From NCBI RefSeq assembly GCF_963921235.1, contig NC_086097.1, positions 216,258,001 to 216,322,000 on the forward strand: a stretch of 64,000 nucleotides of DNA. The letters run 5' to 3'. Position numbers and translations under genes: made by a program. Every line of letters begins with the position of its first letter. Position 1 is the stretch's first letter. The stretch comes from Mobula hypostoma (Eukaryota). The notes beneath the pieces were generated by a model. It was not told the origin of the DNA. It saw only the letters and a program-made list of their open reading frames with translations, and made no database searches. Below are positions 25,216 through 37,775 of the stretch, one piece after another.

Positions 25216-27075
25216 AAATATGTCATTACTGCTCATCAATGAAACACTTTAATTTAAATCCATGAAGTGCGACCTGAAGTACATTGTGCATAAAATTACA
25301 AGTCAGTTAATTAACAAACTTCTAATGAAATCCTTTTTTAATAAAATATTTGCTCTGACATTGTTAACCCTCAAGCATTGCACAGTATTCGCTCAAGACC
25401 AGCCGCTGCATTACCACAAGTGTTTTGACAAAGCGCCTTCTCTATATTATCCGGTCAGCTTGTGCCAAGTTTCAAAGCTAAGATCAGAACAGAGAGATGC
25501 AGGTGAGATATGCCCTGGACCTCCCTGAGTTCGAAATCAGTTTGTTTTGCAGCTTGCGAAACGCAGTCAAGTGTCTAAATGCTTACTGTGAACTCAAGTG
25601 CTGTTTCTTTTAGCTACCCCACACCGAGTGCAAATCATCAGATAGAAGTTTACCACGTAAGAACATTCTATTTGTTTTTCCTAAAGGTATATATTACAAT
25701 GCTATTATTATTTTTAGTAATTCAGTTTCACTCCTGAATTTGTTCACATTTCAACACTGAAGAAGATGATGCAAGATGAATACTGAAAATAAATACTTGT
25801 ATTTATTTGTATTAGTATTTGTCTGAATACCGTTAATCCCACTTGGACGATGGAACCTCATGAAATATTCCTGTAACATAATCCTGTAGTGTACATCCAA
25901 TGCTTAGCACATCTAGGTGAAAACAAAGAAATCATTACTGAACAAAAACAAAAAGGTGAAAAAGATTGGCGTTTGATCACTTTGTCTGCAGTGCGTAGGA
26001 GAGGCAGGCATCCTGCATGTTCTAATTAAATATGAGGCTTCATCTGCCTGGGGACCCAGCAGTTCTTAGCACAGACCGGGCCACGTCCATCCCAAGAGGA
26101 GGCAAGGCTGCAGAGGGACACTTTTTCATGGGCTACCTGCTTCAGCTCATCTAAGCAACAATGATAGCCATATGTGAAGCTGCAGGAAAACAGATGCTGT
26201 TTTTCCATTTGTGAAATCAAGTTGTTGGAAAATGGTCAGGTTTTCAATTGCAGAACGTACGACAGGAAAACGAGGAGAATGGGGCTGAATTTTAGTTACC
26301 AGTTTACAGGTTCCTTGCACTACTTGCGTCAATTTAATTTTTAAAAGAAACATTTATTCTTTCAGCAGAGAGCTTCAACCTTAATGAAGAACATTAATTT
26401 CTGTGCATGCGTGCCTGTGGTCACATTATTGCTAATTACTGGGCATTCTCCTTTATATGTTTCCAAGAAAGCCTCCTATGGTTAGAGACAAGAAACAATA
26501 TTTATGGTGTTTTTGCTTGCTAATCAGCATAAATTGCATACATCAATCAGTGTGATTTTAAATTAAAACTTCTTTTGACCAACAATTACATATCTATTGA
26601 TCCCAATGGTGAAAGAGAATTATTCAGTGGAATGCCTCCTCCAATTTCAGATATGAATATGGGCAATTTTACCTTTAAATGCATTTTAGAATCACAGATG
26701 GTATTGTGATAAACAGATGTTAATGCATGTTGTTGTGATAAACTCATGTTAAAGTCTTGGTGATCCAATTCAATGTCACTTAGTCCATGGTTATTTTAGT
26801 GACCAACAAAGCCCATTTCCCATATCGAACTGACATCAATGGCAGAATCAGGATTAGAGCTTGCCTCCAGCTAATGCTAAGCCTGGTGAAAAGTAATTGC
26901 ATAGAAAACAGAGCAATACAGCACAGAAACAAGCCTTTCAGCCCACACTGTTGAGCTGAACCAATTAAATGAGTAATTCAATGACCAATAAACTAATCCC
27001 TTCGGCCTACACAACGTCCATATCCTTCTTCCATTTCTCTTGGATTCATGTGTCTATCTAAATGTCTCTTCAATC

Positions 27076-27510
27076 TTGGGTACTAGCCTACAAAGTACCC
27101 AGGACATCTTCAAGGAACGATGTCTCAGAAAGGTAGCATCCATTATTAAGGACCTCCAGCACCCAGGGCATGCCCTTTCTTCACTGTTACCATCAGGTAG
27201 GAGGTACAGAAGCCTGAAGGCACACACTCAGCGATTCAGGAACAGCTTCTGTCCCTCTGTCATCCAATTCCTAAATGGACATTGAACCGTTGGACACAAC
27301 CTCACTTTTTTTTTAATATATAGTATTTCTGTTTTTGCACGATTTTTAATCTATTCAATATGCGTATACTGTAATTGATTTACTTATTTTTTATTATTAT
27401 TATTTCATTTTGTTTTTTTCTCATATTATGCATTGCATTGAACTGCGGCTGCTAAGTTAACAAATTTCACGTCACACACCCATGATAATAAACCTGATTC
27501 TGAATTCTGA
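27076..27510 (+). mobile_element. Rex1/Babar-type LINE 3' fragment
   Basis: ORF 27040-27285 reads ASIIKDLQHPGHAL.SLLPSGRRYRSL..RFRNSF. Tail is gataataaacctgattctga. Confidence 0.8.
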
Positions 27511-28198
27511 AGTCCCTAATGTGTATCTGTCTCTACCACCACTGCCTCTCACCATATTCCAATTCCTGCCAAACTTGATACAGGGTCTCAGACCGAAACA
27601 TCAAACATCCCTTTGCTCGCACAGTTGCTACTTGGCCCACTGAGTTCTTCCACCAAGTTGTTTACCGGTCCAGATTCTAGCATCTGCAGTCAGTTGTGTC
27701 TCTTCCCTACCAGTGATACATCCGTTCAGGTTCTGTTGTATCTTTAAGTTTCGTCTGCAGGTACTTTTTCCCTTGTTATCATACGTACTTGACTATCGCT
27801 CCTTCCATATAAGGACACAAGAAATGGAAGGACGTAGCCCTAGTTCTGTTCAAACCTTCTGAAACTTTCAACATAATTGTGATTGATGAAAACATGGCCT
27901 CAACATTCTGATTGTTCACTATAACTATTGACTCCTTTTCTATCCAGTCTATCTGTATGGTGCATTGCTTTAGGAAGGTTAATAGTATTGTCAAGGGTGA
28001 CTGACACCCTGGCATTTCCTGTTCTCTCTTCTAGATCCTGGGAGATGATGAGGAGCTTGAAAGCCCAGGCAAATAGGATTAGTTTCCCATTGCTATCAGA
28101 CTTCTGAAGCAATCAGCTCCCTCATAACCCTTTCCTGGTGACACTGCCACAATCTCAGACTCTTAATTCTGTCTCTCTCAGTTATCCCATTATTGTTG

Positions 28199-28576
28199 GC
28201 TTTATAAGGCACTGGCAAGGCCTCACCTTGAGTATTGTGAACAGTTTTGGGCCTCTCATCTTAGAAAGGATGTGCTGGCATTGAAGAGGGTCCAGAGGAG
28301 ATTCACAAGGATGATTCCAGGAATGAAAGGGTTATCATACGAGGAACGTTTGATGGTTCTGGGTTTGTATTTGCTGGAATTCAGAAGGATGAGGGAGGAT
28401 CTCACTGAAACCTTTTGAATGTTGAGAGGCCTAGACAATTTAGATATGGAAAGGGTGGGAACTGGGGCTGAGGAGGAGATAGGAAAAAAGGATCAGCCAT
28501 GATTGAATGGCAGAGCAGACTCGATGGGCCAGATGGCCTAATTCTGCTCCTATGTCTTGTGGTCTCATGGTCTTAT
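28199..28576 (+). mobile_element. CR1 3' fragment, internally deleted (family of 30885-35335)
   Basis: ggcctcaccttgagtattgtgaacagttttggg; tail ctatgtcttgtggtctcatggtctta. Confidence 0.85.
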
Positions 28577-30884
28577 CGTTGCTTTAGCATATCTTGTTGC
28601 ATCGATCCAGATTGCACTAAATCTTACCACCATTGTTGTTGTGTTTGTCACCGTACTTATCGTTGTATTAGTTATCATGTGTGCTGTTTTCTGTGTGAGC
28701 TAGTTATGAGCGAGAATCTCAGTGCACCCTGCTGAATTTGACAATAAACAAACCTCAATGTGAGATCAAAATAAAAATACTGAAAATACTCAACAGACTG
28801 ATAGCATCTGTGGAGGGAGAAACAGACAACAATAATCTTCTGGGGTAAGCAAGAGAGATTAAATATCGAAAGGAATGATAATGTAGAAGGAAACAGCGGG
28901 AGCAAGGTCTGTGAAGAAAAAAAAAATTACGCCTTTAACACTAGACTGGGACAGTAAGCTCCAGTGATGTGTTACTGACAGTGCTGCTGTTGCAGATGTC
29001 TGGACAACTGCTGCTCCACTCCATTTGTTGGGAACACAGACACAAATCCAGCAGCAATTTACCCGATAGCTTAGTGTGGAGATGCTGCCTAGGAGGGAGG
29101 GCTGAAGCTGGATAGATCAGGGTGAGCAGATCTGCTGCTTTATGGTGTTCAGGGTGTGAACACTGTACTTAAGCATAGTGAGTGGGGAAGGGGTCACCGA
29201 TGGGGACAGGCGGCCTCTGCTCCATATGCACATCACCTGGATCACAACATCTCTCACCACCACCTGTTGGGTCAGATGGTAGCTGCTGTCTCCTCCTCCA
29301 CTAGTCCAGAAATTTCTCTACGTCATCAAGCCCAAAGGCCAGCAAGTGTGTCCCAGCTTCCCAGAGGTAGCTTAAATACCCCGATCAAAACTCCACAGTC
29401 CTTTCCTGGAAACCCAGTCACCACCAGGCCACTCACAATAACCCCCGATCACATCCCAACTTCTAAATGACACCAGATCCCGATCGTATCCCAATTCTCT
29501 GAACTCAATTCCTAATCCCTATTCAAGCCCTGATCTCCCGATCACAAAAATTGGTAATTCCACTAACTTCCAATTCCCTGATTACATCCATTGATTCCCC
29601 AGTCACCATCCCCAAATTCCTGATCACTTCCTCACCCCCTCTCTCCCCAGTTCAATAATCACGCTCTGTCTCCCTAATCCCAACAAGGACTCCGAGATCA
29701 AATTCTGACCCTGATCATACACGGCAATTTGGATCACTTTCCTAATTTGCAATCACATCCAACCTCAATTACTCCCAGCTTTCTGGTCAACTTCAGCTAC
29801 TCAATTGTGTCTTGATCCTAATCACACAGAAACTCTCCCGACTTTTCCAGAATATTGGTGAATGATTTGTGCATCAGGTGGAAGAATAGAATAGAGCACG
29901 TGCTATAACAATACTGTACTTTTTGAAAACATGTATAAGATTTATACAGAATAATTTTGAAGTTTACAGATTATAGAAATGTCAGAACTGTAACAACCTA
30001 TCAAATGTTAATGAAAGTGCAAGCAAGCTGTTGAAAACAGCCAAATAAATTGTGACAGAGAAGTGAGGTAATACATTTTGACAGAGGAATGAGCATAAAA
30101 CCTTTAAATTAACTGATAGAATCACAAGGGGTGTATACAGAGAGATATCAGGTGCATACACACACATGTGTAAAACTAAAGAAGAGATCTTATGGAGGCA
30201 GTGCTCCAGAAAGAGTCCTTAATGTTAAGCAAGGAAGTCTCAGCTAAGGAAGATGTAGAGATTTTGGATGATATAATAGGCAATGAAAATATTCTAGAAA
30301 GACTAGCTGCACTTAACGTGGATAAATCATCTGATCCAATGGGACGCACCCTAGCATTTTGCAAGGAATAATTGCTGACATTGATCATAGTCTCTCATAT
30401 ACGATGACTCAAGAACCGTAAATATTAAGAATTAAGGACAAACCCAGGAACTACCAATCAGTTTAAGTGGTGGAGAAGCATTTAGAAATTATAATCTGGG
30501 ACAGAGTCACTCTCTTGTTATAATTTCCTGCATATTGCATTCATATTATGAGTCATTTTTTTGTGTCCCAAAATCTCCTGGAGCATACAGTTAGAGTATC
30601 TACCATGAGCCAGAAGAGACAGAAAGATGACCACAAATTTTGAGAGCCCTTTGCTCTTTAAAATAGTCATGTCAGCTTATGTTGTCCAATTCACTATTAG
30701 CACCTTCAATTAAAAAAACAGGTGACTTGGGATTCTTGGAGTGTTCAAAATATAGTTCAAAATCACAGCAAATATTGCAATCAAAAGGCAAACAAAATGC
30801 AATGCTGCAGTTTCTTGTGGTGCTTTATCCTGATTTGATGTTTCATCTGTCAGCTTTTCCAGATGATTTGCAAATCATTTTTAT

Positions 30885-33800
30885 AAGAGCTGTTGGGGAG
30901 GGTTTAAACTAATTTGACAGGGAAATGGGAACCAGAATGAAGAGACTCCGGATAGGAGGGATGGTAGAAAAGTAAAGATAACATGCAATTGGACTGTCCG
31001 GAAGAGCAGGCACATGATAGAACAAACTTGTAGCCAGCAGGGTGAGTATCAGTGCATTAGGGGTGCAAAATCAAAAAGGGTAGCAAATAGAGCACTCAAA
31101 GTGTTACATCTCAGTGTACAGAGTTTAAGAAATAAGGTGGATGATCTCGCTGCACTATCACAGATTGTCAGGTATGATGTTGCCGCCATCACTGAATCGT
31201 GGCTGAAGGATGATTGTAGTTGGGAGCTGAATGTCCAAGGTACACGTTGTATTGGAGGGATTGAAAGGTAGGCAGAGGGGGTGGTGAGGCTCTGTTAGTA
31301 AAGAATGGCATCAAATCAGTAAAAAAATGTCACATAGGACTGGAAGATGTTGAATCTTTGTGGGCTGAGTTGAACCCACAAGGGTAAAAGGACCCTGTTG
31401 GCAGTTATATGCAGGCCGCCCAACAGTAGTTAGGGTGTGGACCAGATTACATTGGAAAATGGGAAATAGAAAAGGCCGTGTTATGATAGTCATGGGAGAA
31501 TATAACGTGCACATTGATTGGGAAAATCAGCTTGGTAATGGATCTCAAGCATGCCTATGAAATAGCTTTTGAGAGCAGTTTGTCGTTGACCCTACTAGGG
31601 GATATCATATACTGGAATGGGTGTTATGTAATGAACCAGAGGCAGTTAGGGAGTTTAAGGTGAAAGAGCCCGTATGAGCTAGTGATCACAATATGATTGA
31701 GTTCAACTTGAAATTTGATAGGAAGAAAGGAAAGTCTGATTTAACAGTATTTCAGTGGAGTAAGGGAAATGACAGTGATATGAGAGAGGAGTTGGCCAAA
31801 GTAAATCGGAAGGAGCTGCTGGCAGGGATGTCAGCAGAGCAGCAATGGCGTACGTTTCTGGGAAAAATGAGGAAGGTGCAGGACATGTGTATTCCAAAAA
31901 TGAAGAAATACTCAAATGGTAAAATAGTACAACCACGACTGACAAGGGAAGTCAAAGCTATTGTAAAAGCAAAAGAAAGGGCATACAGCAAAGCAAAAAT
32001 TAGTGGGAGGATAGAGGATTGGGAAGTTTTTAAAAACCTAAAGAGAGCAACTAAACAAATCACTAGAAGGGAAAAGAAGAAATATGAAAGCATAGCAAAC
32101 AATATCAAAGTGGATCGTAAAAGTTTTTTCAGTATGTTAAAAATAAAAGAGAAATGAGAGCGGATATAGGACCACTAGAAAATGAGGCAGGAGAAATAAT
32201 AATGGGGGACAAGGAGATGGCTGATGAACTAAATAGGTATTTTGCATCAGTCTTCATTGTGGAAGACACTAGCCATATGTCTGATGTTGTAGTGTGTGAA
32301 GAAAGAGAAGTAGGTGCAGTTACTATTACAAGAGAGAAGGTGCTCAAAAAGCTAAAAGACCTAAAGGTACATAAGTCACCCGGACCAGAGAAACTGCATG
32401 CTAGGGATCTGAAAGTGGTAGTGTTAGAGATTGTGGTGGCATTAGAAATGATCTTTCAAAAATCATTGGACTCTGACATGGTGCCAGAGGACTAGAAAAT
32501 TGCAAATGTCACTCCACTATTTAAGAAAGGAGGAAGGTAGCAGATAGGAAATTATAGACCAGTTAGCCTGACCTCAGTGGTTAGGAAGATTTTAGAGTCA
32601 ATTGTTAAGGATGAGGTGATGGAGTACTTGGTGACACAGGACAAGATAGTACAAAGTCAGCATGGTTTCCTTCAGGGAAAATCTTGCCTGACGAACCTGT
32701 TGGAATTCTTTGAGGAGACTACAAGTAAGATAGGTAAAGGGGATGCAGTGGATGTTGTATATTTGGAATTTCAGAAGGCCTTTGACAAGATGCCACACAT
32801 GAGGCTGCTTACCAAGTTGAGAGTCCATGGTGTTACAGGAAAGTTACTAACATGGTTAAAGAATTGGCTGATTGGTAGGAGGCAGTGAGTGGGAATAAAA
32901 GGATCCTTTTCTGGTTGGCTGCCAGTGACTAGTGGTGTTCCGCAGGAGCTGATGTTGGGACCACTTCTTTTTATGCTGTATATAAATGCTTTGGATGATG
33001 GAATAGATGGCTTTGTTGCCAAATTTGCAGATGATACAAAGATTGGTGGAGGGGCAGGTAGTGTTGAGGAAACAGATAGGATGCAGAAGCACTTAGACTG
33101 ATTAGGAGAATGGGCAAGGAAGTGGCAAATGAAATACAATGTTGGAAAATGCATGGTCATGCACTTTGGTAGTAGAAATAAATGTGCAGACTATTTTCTA
33201 AATGGGGAGAAAATCCAAAAATCTGAGATGCAAAGGGACGTGGGTGTCCTTGTGCAGAACACCATAAAGGTTAATTTGCAGGTTGAGTCAGTGGTGAGGA
33301 AGGCATATGCATTCATTTCAAGAGGTCTAGAATACAAGAGCAAGGATGTGATGCTGAGGCTTTATAAGGCACTGGTGAGGCCTCACCTTGAGTACTGTGA
33401 ACAGTTTTGGGCCCCTCATCTTAGAAAAGATATGCTGGCATTGGAGAGAGTTCAGAAGAAGTTCACAAGGATGATTCCAGGAATGAAAAGATTATCATAT
33501 AAGGAATGTTTGATGGCTCTGGGTCTGTACTCTCTGGAAGTCAGAAGGATGAGGGGGGATCTCATTAAACCTTACAAAAGTTCAAAGGCCTAGACAGAGT
33601 AGATGTGGAAAGGAGGTTTCCCATGGAAGGAGAGTCCAGGACAAGAGGGCACTGCCTCAGGATAGAGGGGTGCCCTTTCAAAACAGAGATGCAGAGAAAT
33701 TTATGTGGATATAGAACCACTAGAAAATGAGGCCAGAGAAATAATTATGTGGGACAAGGAGATGGAAAGTGCACTAAATGAGTATTTTGTATCAGTTTCC

Positions 33801-35335
33801 ACTGTGGAAGACACTAGCAGTGTGCCTGATGCTGAAGTGTGTGAGGGAAGAGAAGTGAGTGTAGTTACTATTACAAGAGAGAAGGTACTTAAAAAGCTGA
33901 AAGACCTAAGGGAACATAAGCCACCCAGGCCAAATGAACTGCACCTAGGGTTCTGAAAGAGGTAGCAGTAGAGATTGTGGAGCCATTAGCAATGATCTTT
34001 CAAAAATCATCGGACTCTGGCATGGCACCAGAAGACTGGAAAATTGCAAATGTCACTCCACTCTTTTAAAAAGGAGGAAGGCAGCAGAAAGGAAATTATA
34101 GACCAGTTAGCCTGACCTCAATGGTTAGGAAGGTGTTGGAGTTAATTGTTAAGGATGAAATTATGGAATACTTGGTGACACAGGACAAGATAGAACAAAG
34201 TCAATATGGTTTCCTTATAGGAAAATCTTGCCTGACGAAACTGTCAGAAATCATTGACGAGATTACAAGTAAGATAGATAAAGGGGATACAGTAGACGTT
34301 GTATATTTGGACTTTAAGAAGGCCTTTGACAAGGTGCCACACGAGGCTGCTTGCCAAGTTAAGAGCCCATGATTTTACAGGAAAGTTACTAACATATTTA
34401 GACCATTGGCTGATTGATAGGAGACAGCGAGTCAAAATAAAAGAGTCCTTTTCTGATTGGCTGCCAGTGACTAGTAGTATTCCACAGAGACCAATGTTGG
34501 GACCACTTTTTTTATGGCAAATATCAATGAACTAGGTGGCTTTGTTGCCAAATCTGCAGATGACACGAAGATTAGTGGAGTGGCAGGTAGGCTGCAGAAG
34601 GACCTAAATAGATTAGAAGAATGGGCAAGAAAGTGGCAAATGAAATACAATGTTGGAAAATTCCTGGTCATGCACTTTGATAGTAGAAATTGATGTACAG
34701 ACTATTTTCTAGAAAGGGACAAGATCCAAAAATCTGAAATGCAAAGGGAATTTGGAGTCCTTGCGCAGAATGCCCTAAAGGTTACCTTGCAGGTTGAGTC
34801 AATGGTGAGGAAGGCAAATGCAATGTTAGCATTCATTTCAAGAGGTCTTAAATACAAGAGCAGGGATATGATGTTGAGGATTTATAAAACACTGGTGAGG
34901 CCTCACTTTGAGTATTGTGAACAGTTTTGGGTTCCTCATCCAAGAAAATATGTGCTGGAATTTGGAGAGGATCCAGAGGTGGTTCACAAAGATTATTCTG
35001 GGAATAAAAAGGGTTATCATACGAGGAACATTTGATGGTTTTGGGTCTGTACTTGCTGGAATTTAGAAGAATGAGTGGGGACCTCATTGAAACCTTTTGA
35101 ATGTTGAAAGGCCTAGACAGAGTAGATGTGGAAAGGATGTTTCCCACGGTGGGGAGTCTACGACAAGAGGGCACAGCTTCAGGATAGAGGGGAGCCCATT
35201 TAAAACAGAAATGCAGAGAAATTTCTTCAGCCAGAGCATGGTGAATTTGTGGAATTTGTGGATTGAATAGTGGAGCAGACTCGATGGGCCGAATGGCCTA
35301 ATTCTGCTCCTATGTCTGATGGTCTTATAGTCTTA
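30885..35335 (+). mobile_element. Degenerate CR1 LINE (APE and RT) with the RT half present twice in tandem
   Basis: APE fragments (SLRNKVDDL, AITESWL). RT block at 32160-33703, repeated from 33704 to the tail ctatgtctgatggtcttatagtctta. Confidence 0.9.
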
Positions 35336-35858
35336 AATCAACACGATGAAGTTTCTACACTGACCTGTCCTACTGCTGAAAGTAAAATCATATAATAGTG
35401 CAACTTGCAAATATACCATTATTTTTTCCTTGCAAAGACATCTTATTTTGATTGTGTCAGCAACTTACTAATTTAAAGTTACTGATTCAGTTTTGCCGCA
35501 TTTTCTCAAACTTTTGCAGAAGGGATGGTATATATTCTATGGATGAAATATATAATCTCTTACAAGTCAATATTTCTGGGAATGCCAAATTTAAACCATT
35601 AATATATACCTGAATAAGAATGAAAATACATCATAATTATTGTAGGTTGGAATTGTTTCTGGAGGGAGTTAAAACAGATATTGTCTGTTGTTATCTATAT
35701 TGATTCCAAACTGTGGAAAACCTGTGGCTATCTTTCCGTTCACATGTAAATATTTTTTTTAAATTGCAGGGCATAAAATAAGAATGTAATTTCTTTTCAT
35801 CTGTTACCTTAAGCAGTTATTATCCCATTAGTGAAGGGTTAATGTACAAAGGGTTAAT

Positions 35859-37345
35859 GTTAGATTCTGGACTAGTTCCTGAGGATTGGAGGGTGGCTAA
35901 TGTAACCCCACTTTTTAAAAAAGGAGGGAGAGAGAAACCGGGGAATTATAGGCCGGTTAGCCTAACGTCGGTGGTGGGGAAACTGCTGGAGTCAGTTATC
36001 AAGGATGTGATAACAGCACATTTGGAAAGCGGTGAAATGATCGGACAAAGTCAGCATGGATTTGTGAAAGGAAAATCATGTCTGACGAATCTCATAGAAT
36101 TTTTTGAGGATGTAACTAGTAGAGTGGATAGGGGAGAACCAGTGGATGTGGTATATTTGGATTTTCAAAAGGCTTTTGACAAGGTCCCACATAGGAGATT
36201 AGTGTGCAAACTTAAAGCACACGGTATTGGGGGTAAGGTATTGGTGTGGGTGGAGAATTGGTTAGCAGACAGGAAGCAAAGAGTGGGAATAAACGGGACC
36301 TTTTCAGAATGGCAGGCGGTGACTAGTGGGGTACCGCAAGGCTCAGTGCTGGGACCCCAGTTGTTTACAATATATATTAATGACTTGGATGAGGGAATTA
36401 AATGCAGCATCTCCAAGTTTGCAGATGACACAAAGCTGGGTGGCAGTGTTAGCAGTGAGGAGGATGCTAAGAGGATGCAGGGTGACTTGGATAGGTTGGG
36501 TGAGTGGGCAAACTCATGGCAGATGCAATTTAATGTGGATAAATGTGAAGTTATCCACTTTGGTGGCAAAAATAGGAAAACAGATTATTATCTGAATGGT
36601 GGCCGATTAGGAAAAGGGGAGGTGCAACGAGACCTGGGTGTCATTATACACCAGTCATTGAAAGTGGGCATGCAGGTACAGCAGGCGGTGAAAAAGGCGA
36701 ACGGTATGCTGGCATTTATAGCGAGAGGATTCGAGTACAGGAGCAGGGAGGTACTACTGCAGTTGTACAAGGCCTTGGTGAGACCACACCTGGAGTATTG
36801 TGTGCAGTTTTGGTCCCCTAATCTGAGGAAAGACATCTTTGCCATAGAGGGAGTACAAAGAAGGTTCACCAGATTGATTCCTGGGATGGCAGGTCTTTCA
36901 TATGAAGAAAGACTGGATGAACTGGGCTTGTACTCGTTGGAATTTAGAAGATTGAGGGGGGATCTGATTGAAACGTATAAGATCCTAAAGGGATTGGACA
37001 GGCTAGATGCGGGAAGATTGTTCCCGATGTTGGGGAGGTCTAGAACGAGGGGTCACAGTTTGAGGATAGAGGGGAAGCCTTTTAGGACCGAGGTTAGGAA
37101 AAACTTCTTCACACAGAGAGTGGTGAATCTGTGGAATTCTCTGCCACAGCAAACTGTTGAGGCCAGTTCATTAGCTATGTTTAAAAGGAAGTTAGATATG
37201 GCCCTTGTGGCTACAGGGGTCAGGGGGTATGGAGGGAAGGCTGGGTTCTGAGTTGGATGATCAGCCATGATCATAATAAATGGCGGTGCAGGCTCGAAGG
37301 GCCGAATGGCCTACTCCTGCACCTATTTTCTATGTTTCTATGTTT
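35859..37345 (+). mobile_element. Young CR1 LINE, 5'-truncated, with an uninterrupted RT and C-terminal ORF
   Basis: 469-aa ORF 35842-37251 with KFADDTKL. Tail is ttttctatgtttctatgttt. Confidence 0.96.
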
Positions 37346-37509
37346 AAATCAAGAAATAGGATTTGATCATTACTCAATTTTAAGTTGATCATTTGACTAT
37401 TTATACAGTACTAAGAAAATTAATAAAGAATATCAACTATTTTGTCACTCATCGTGCATTTAAAGATCAGAAATTGAGAAAAAAATGGAATTGTTTTGCA
37501 ATATTAACA

Positions 37510-37775
37510 ATGTCAGGATGACCCAAGCGCTTTACAGCCAATTAAGTGTTTAAGTAACAAAAAGAGCCAATGGAAAAATCCAGAAAAATCCAAGCCAATA
37601 TCACATAATTACAGGGATAACTTTTTTGTTCTTCTACAAATATTACCACAGGAATCTTTGACACACCACCAAAAACAAACAGCAGGACTTTCACTTAACA
37701 ATTAATCAAAAGCCAATGATTCAGACAGTGCAGCATTTCCTGAGCACTTTCTCAGAGGGCCAACATCAACTTACC
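37510..37775 (-). mobile_element. Possible ancient DeuSINE-like remnant
   Basis: cccaagcgctttacagccaat..aag and gacagtgcagcatttcctgagcact resemble my recollection of shark Deu-domain SINEs. Very decayed. Confidence 0.35.
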
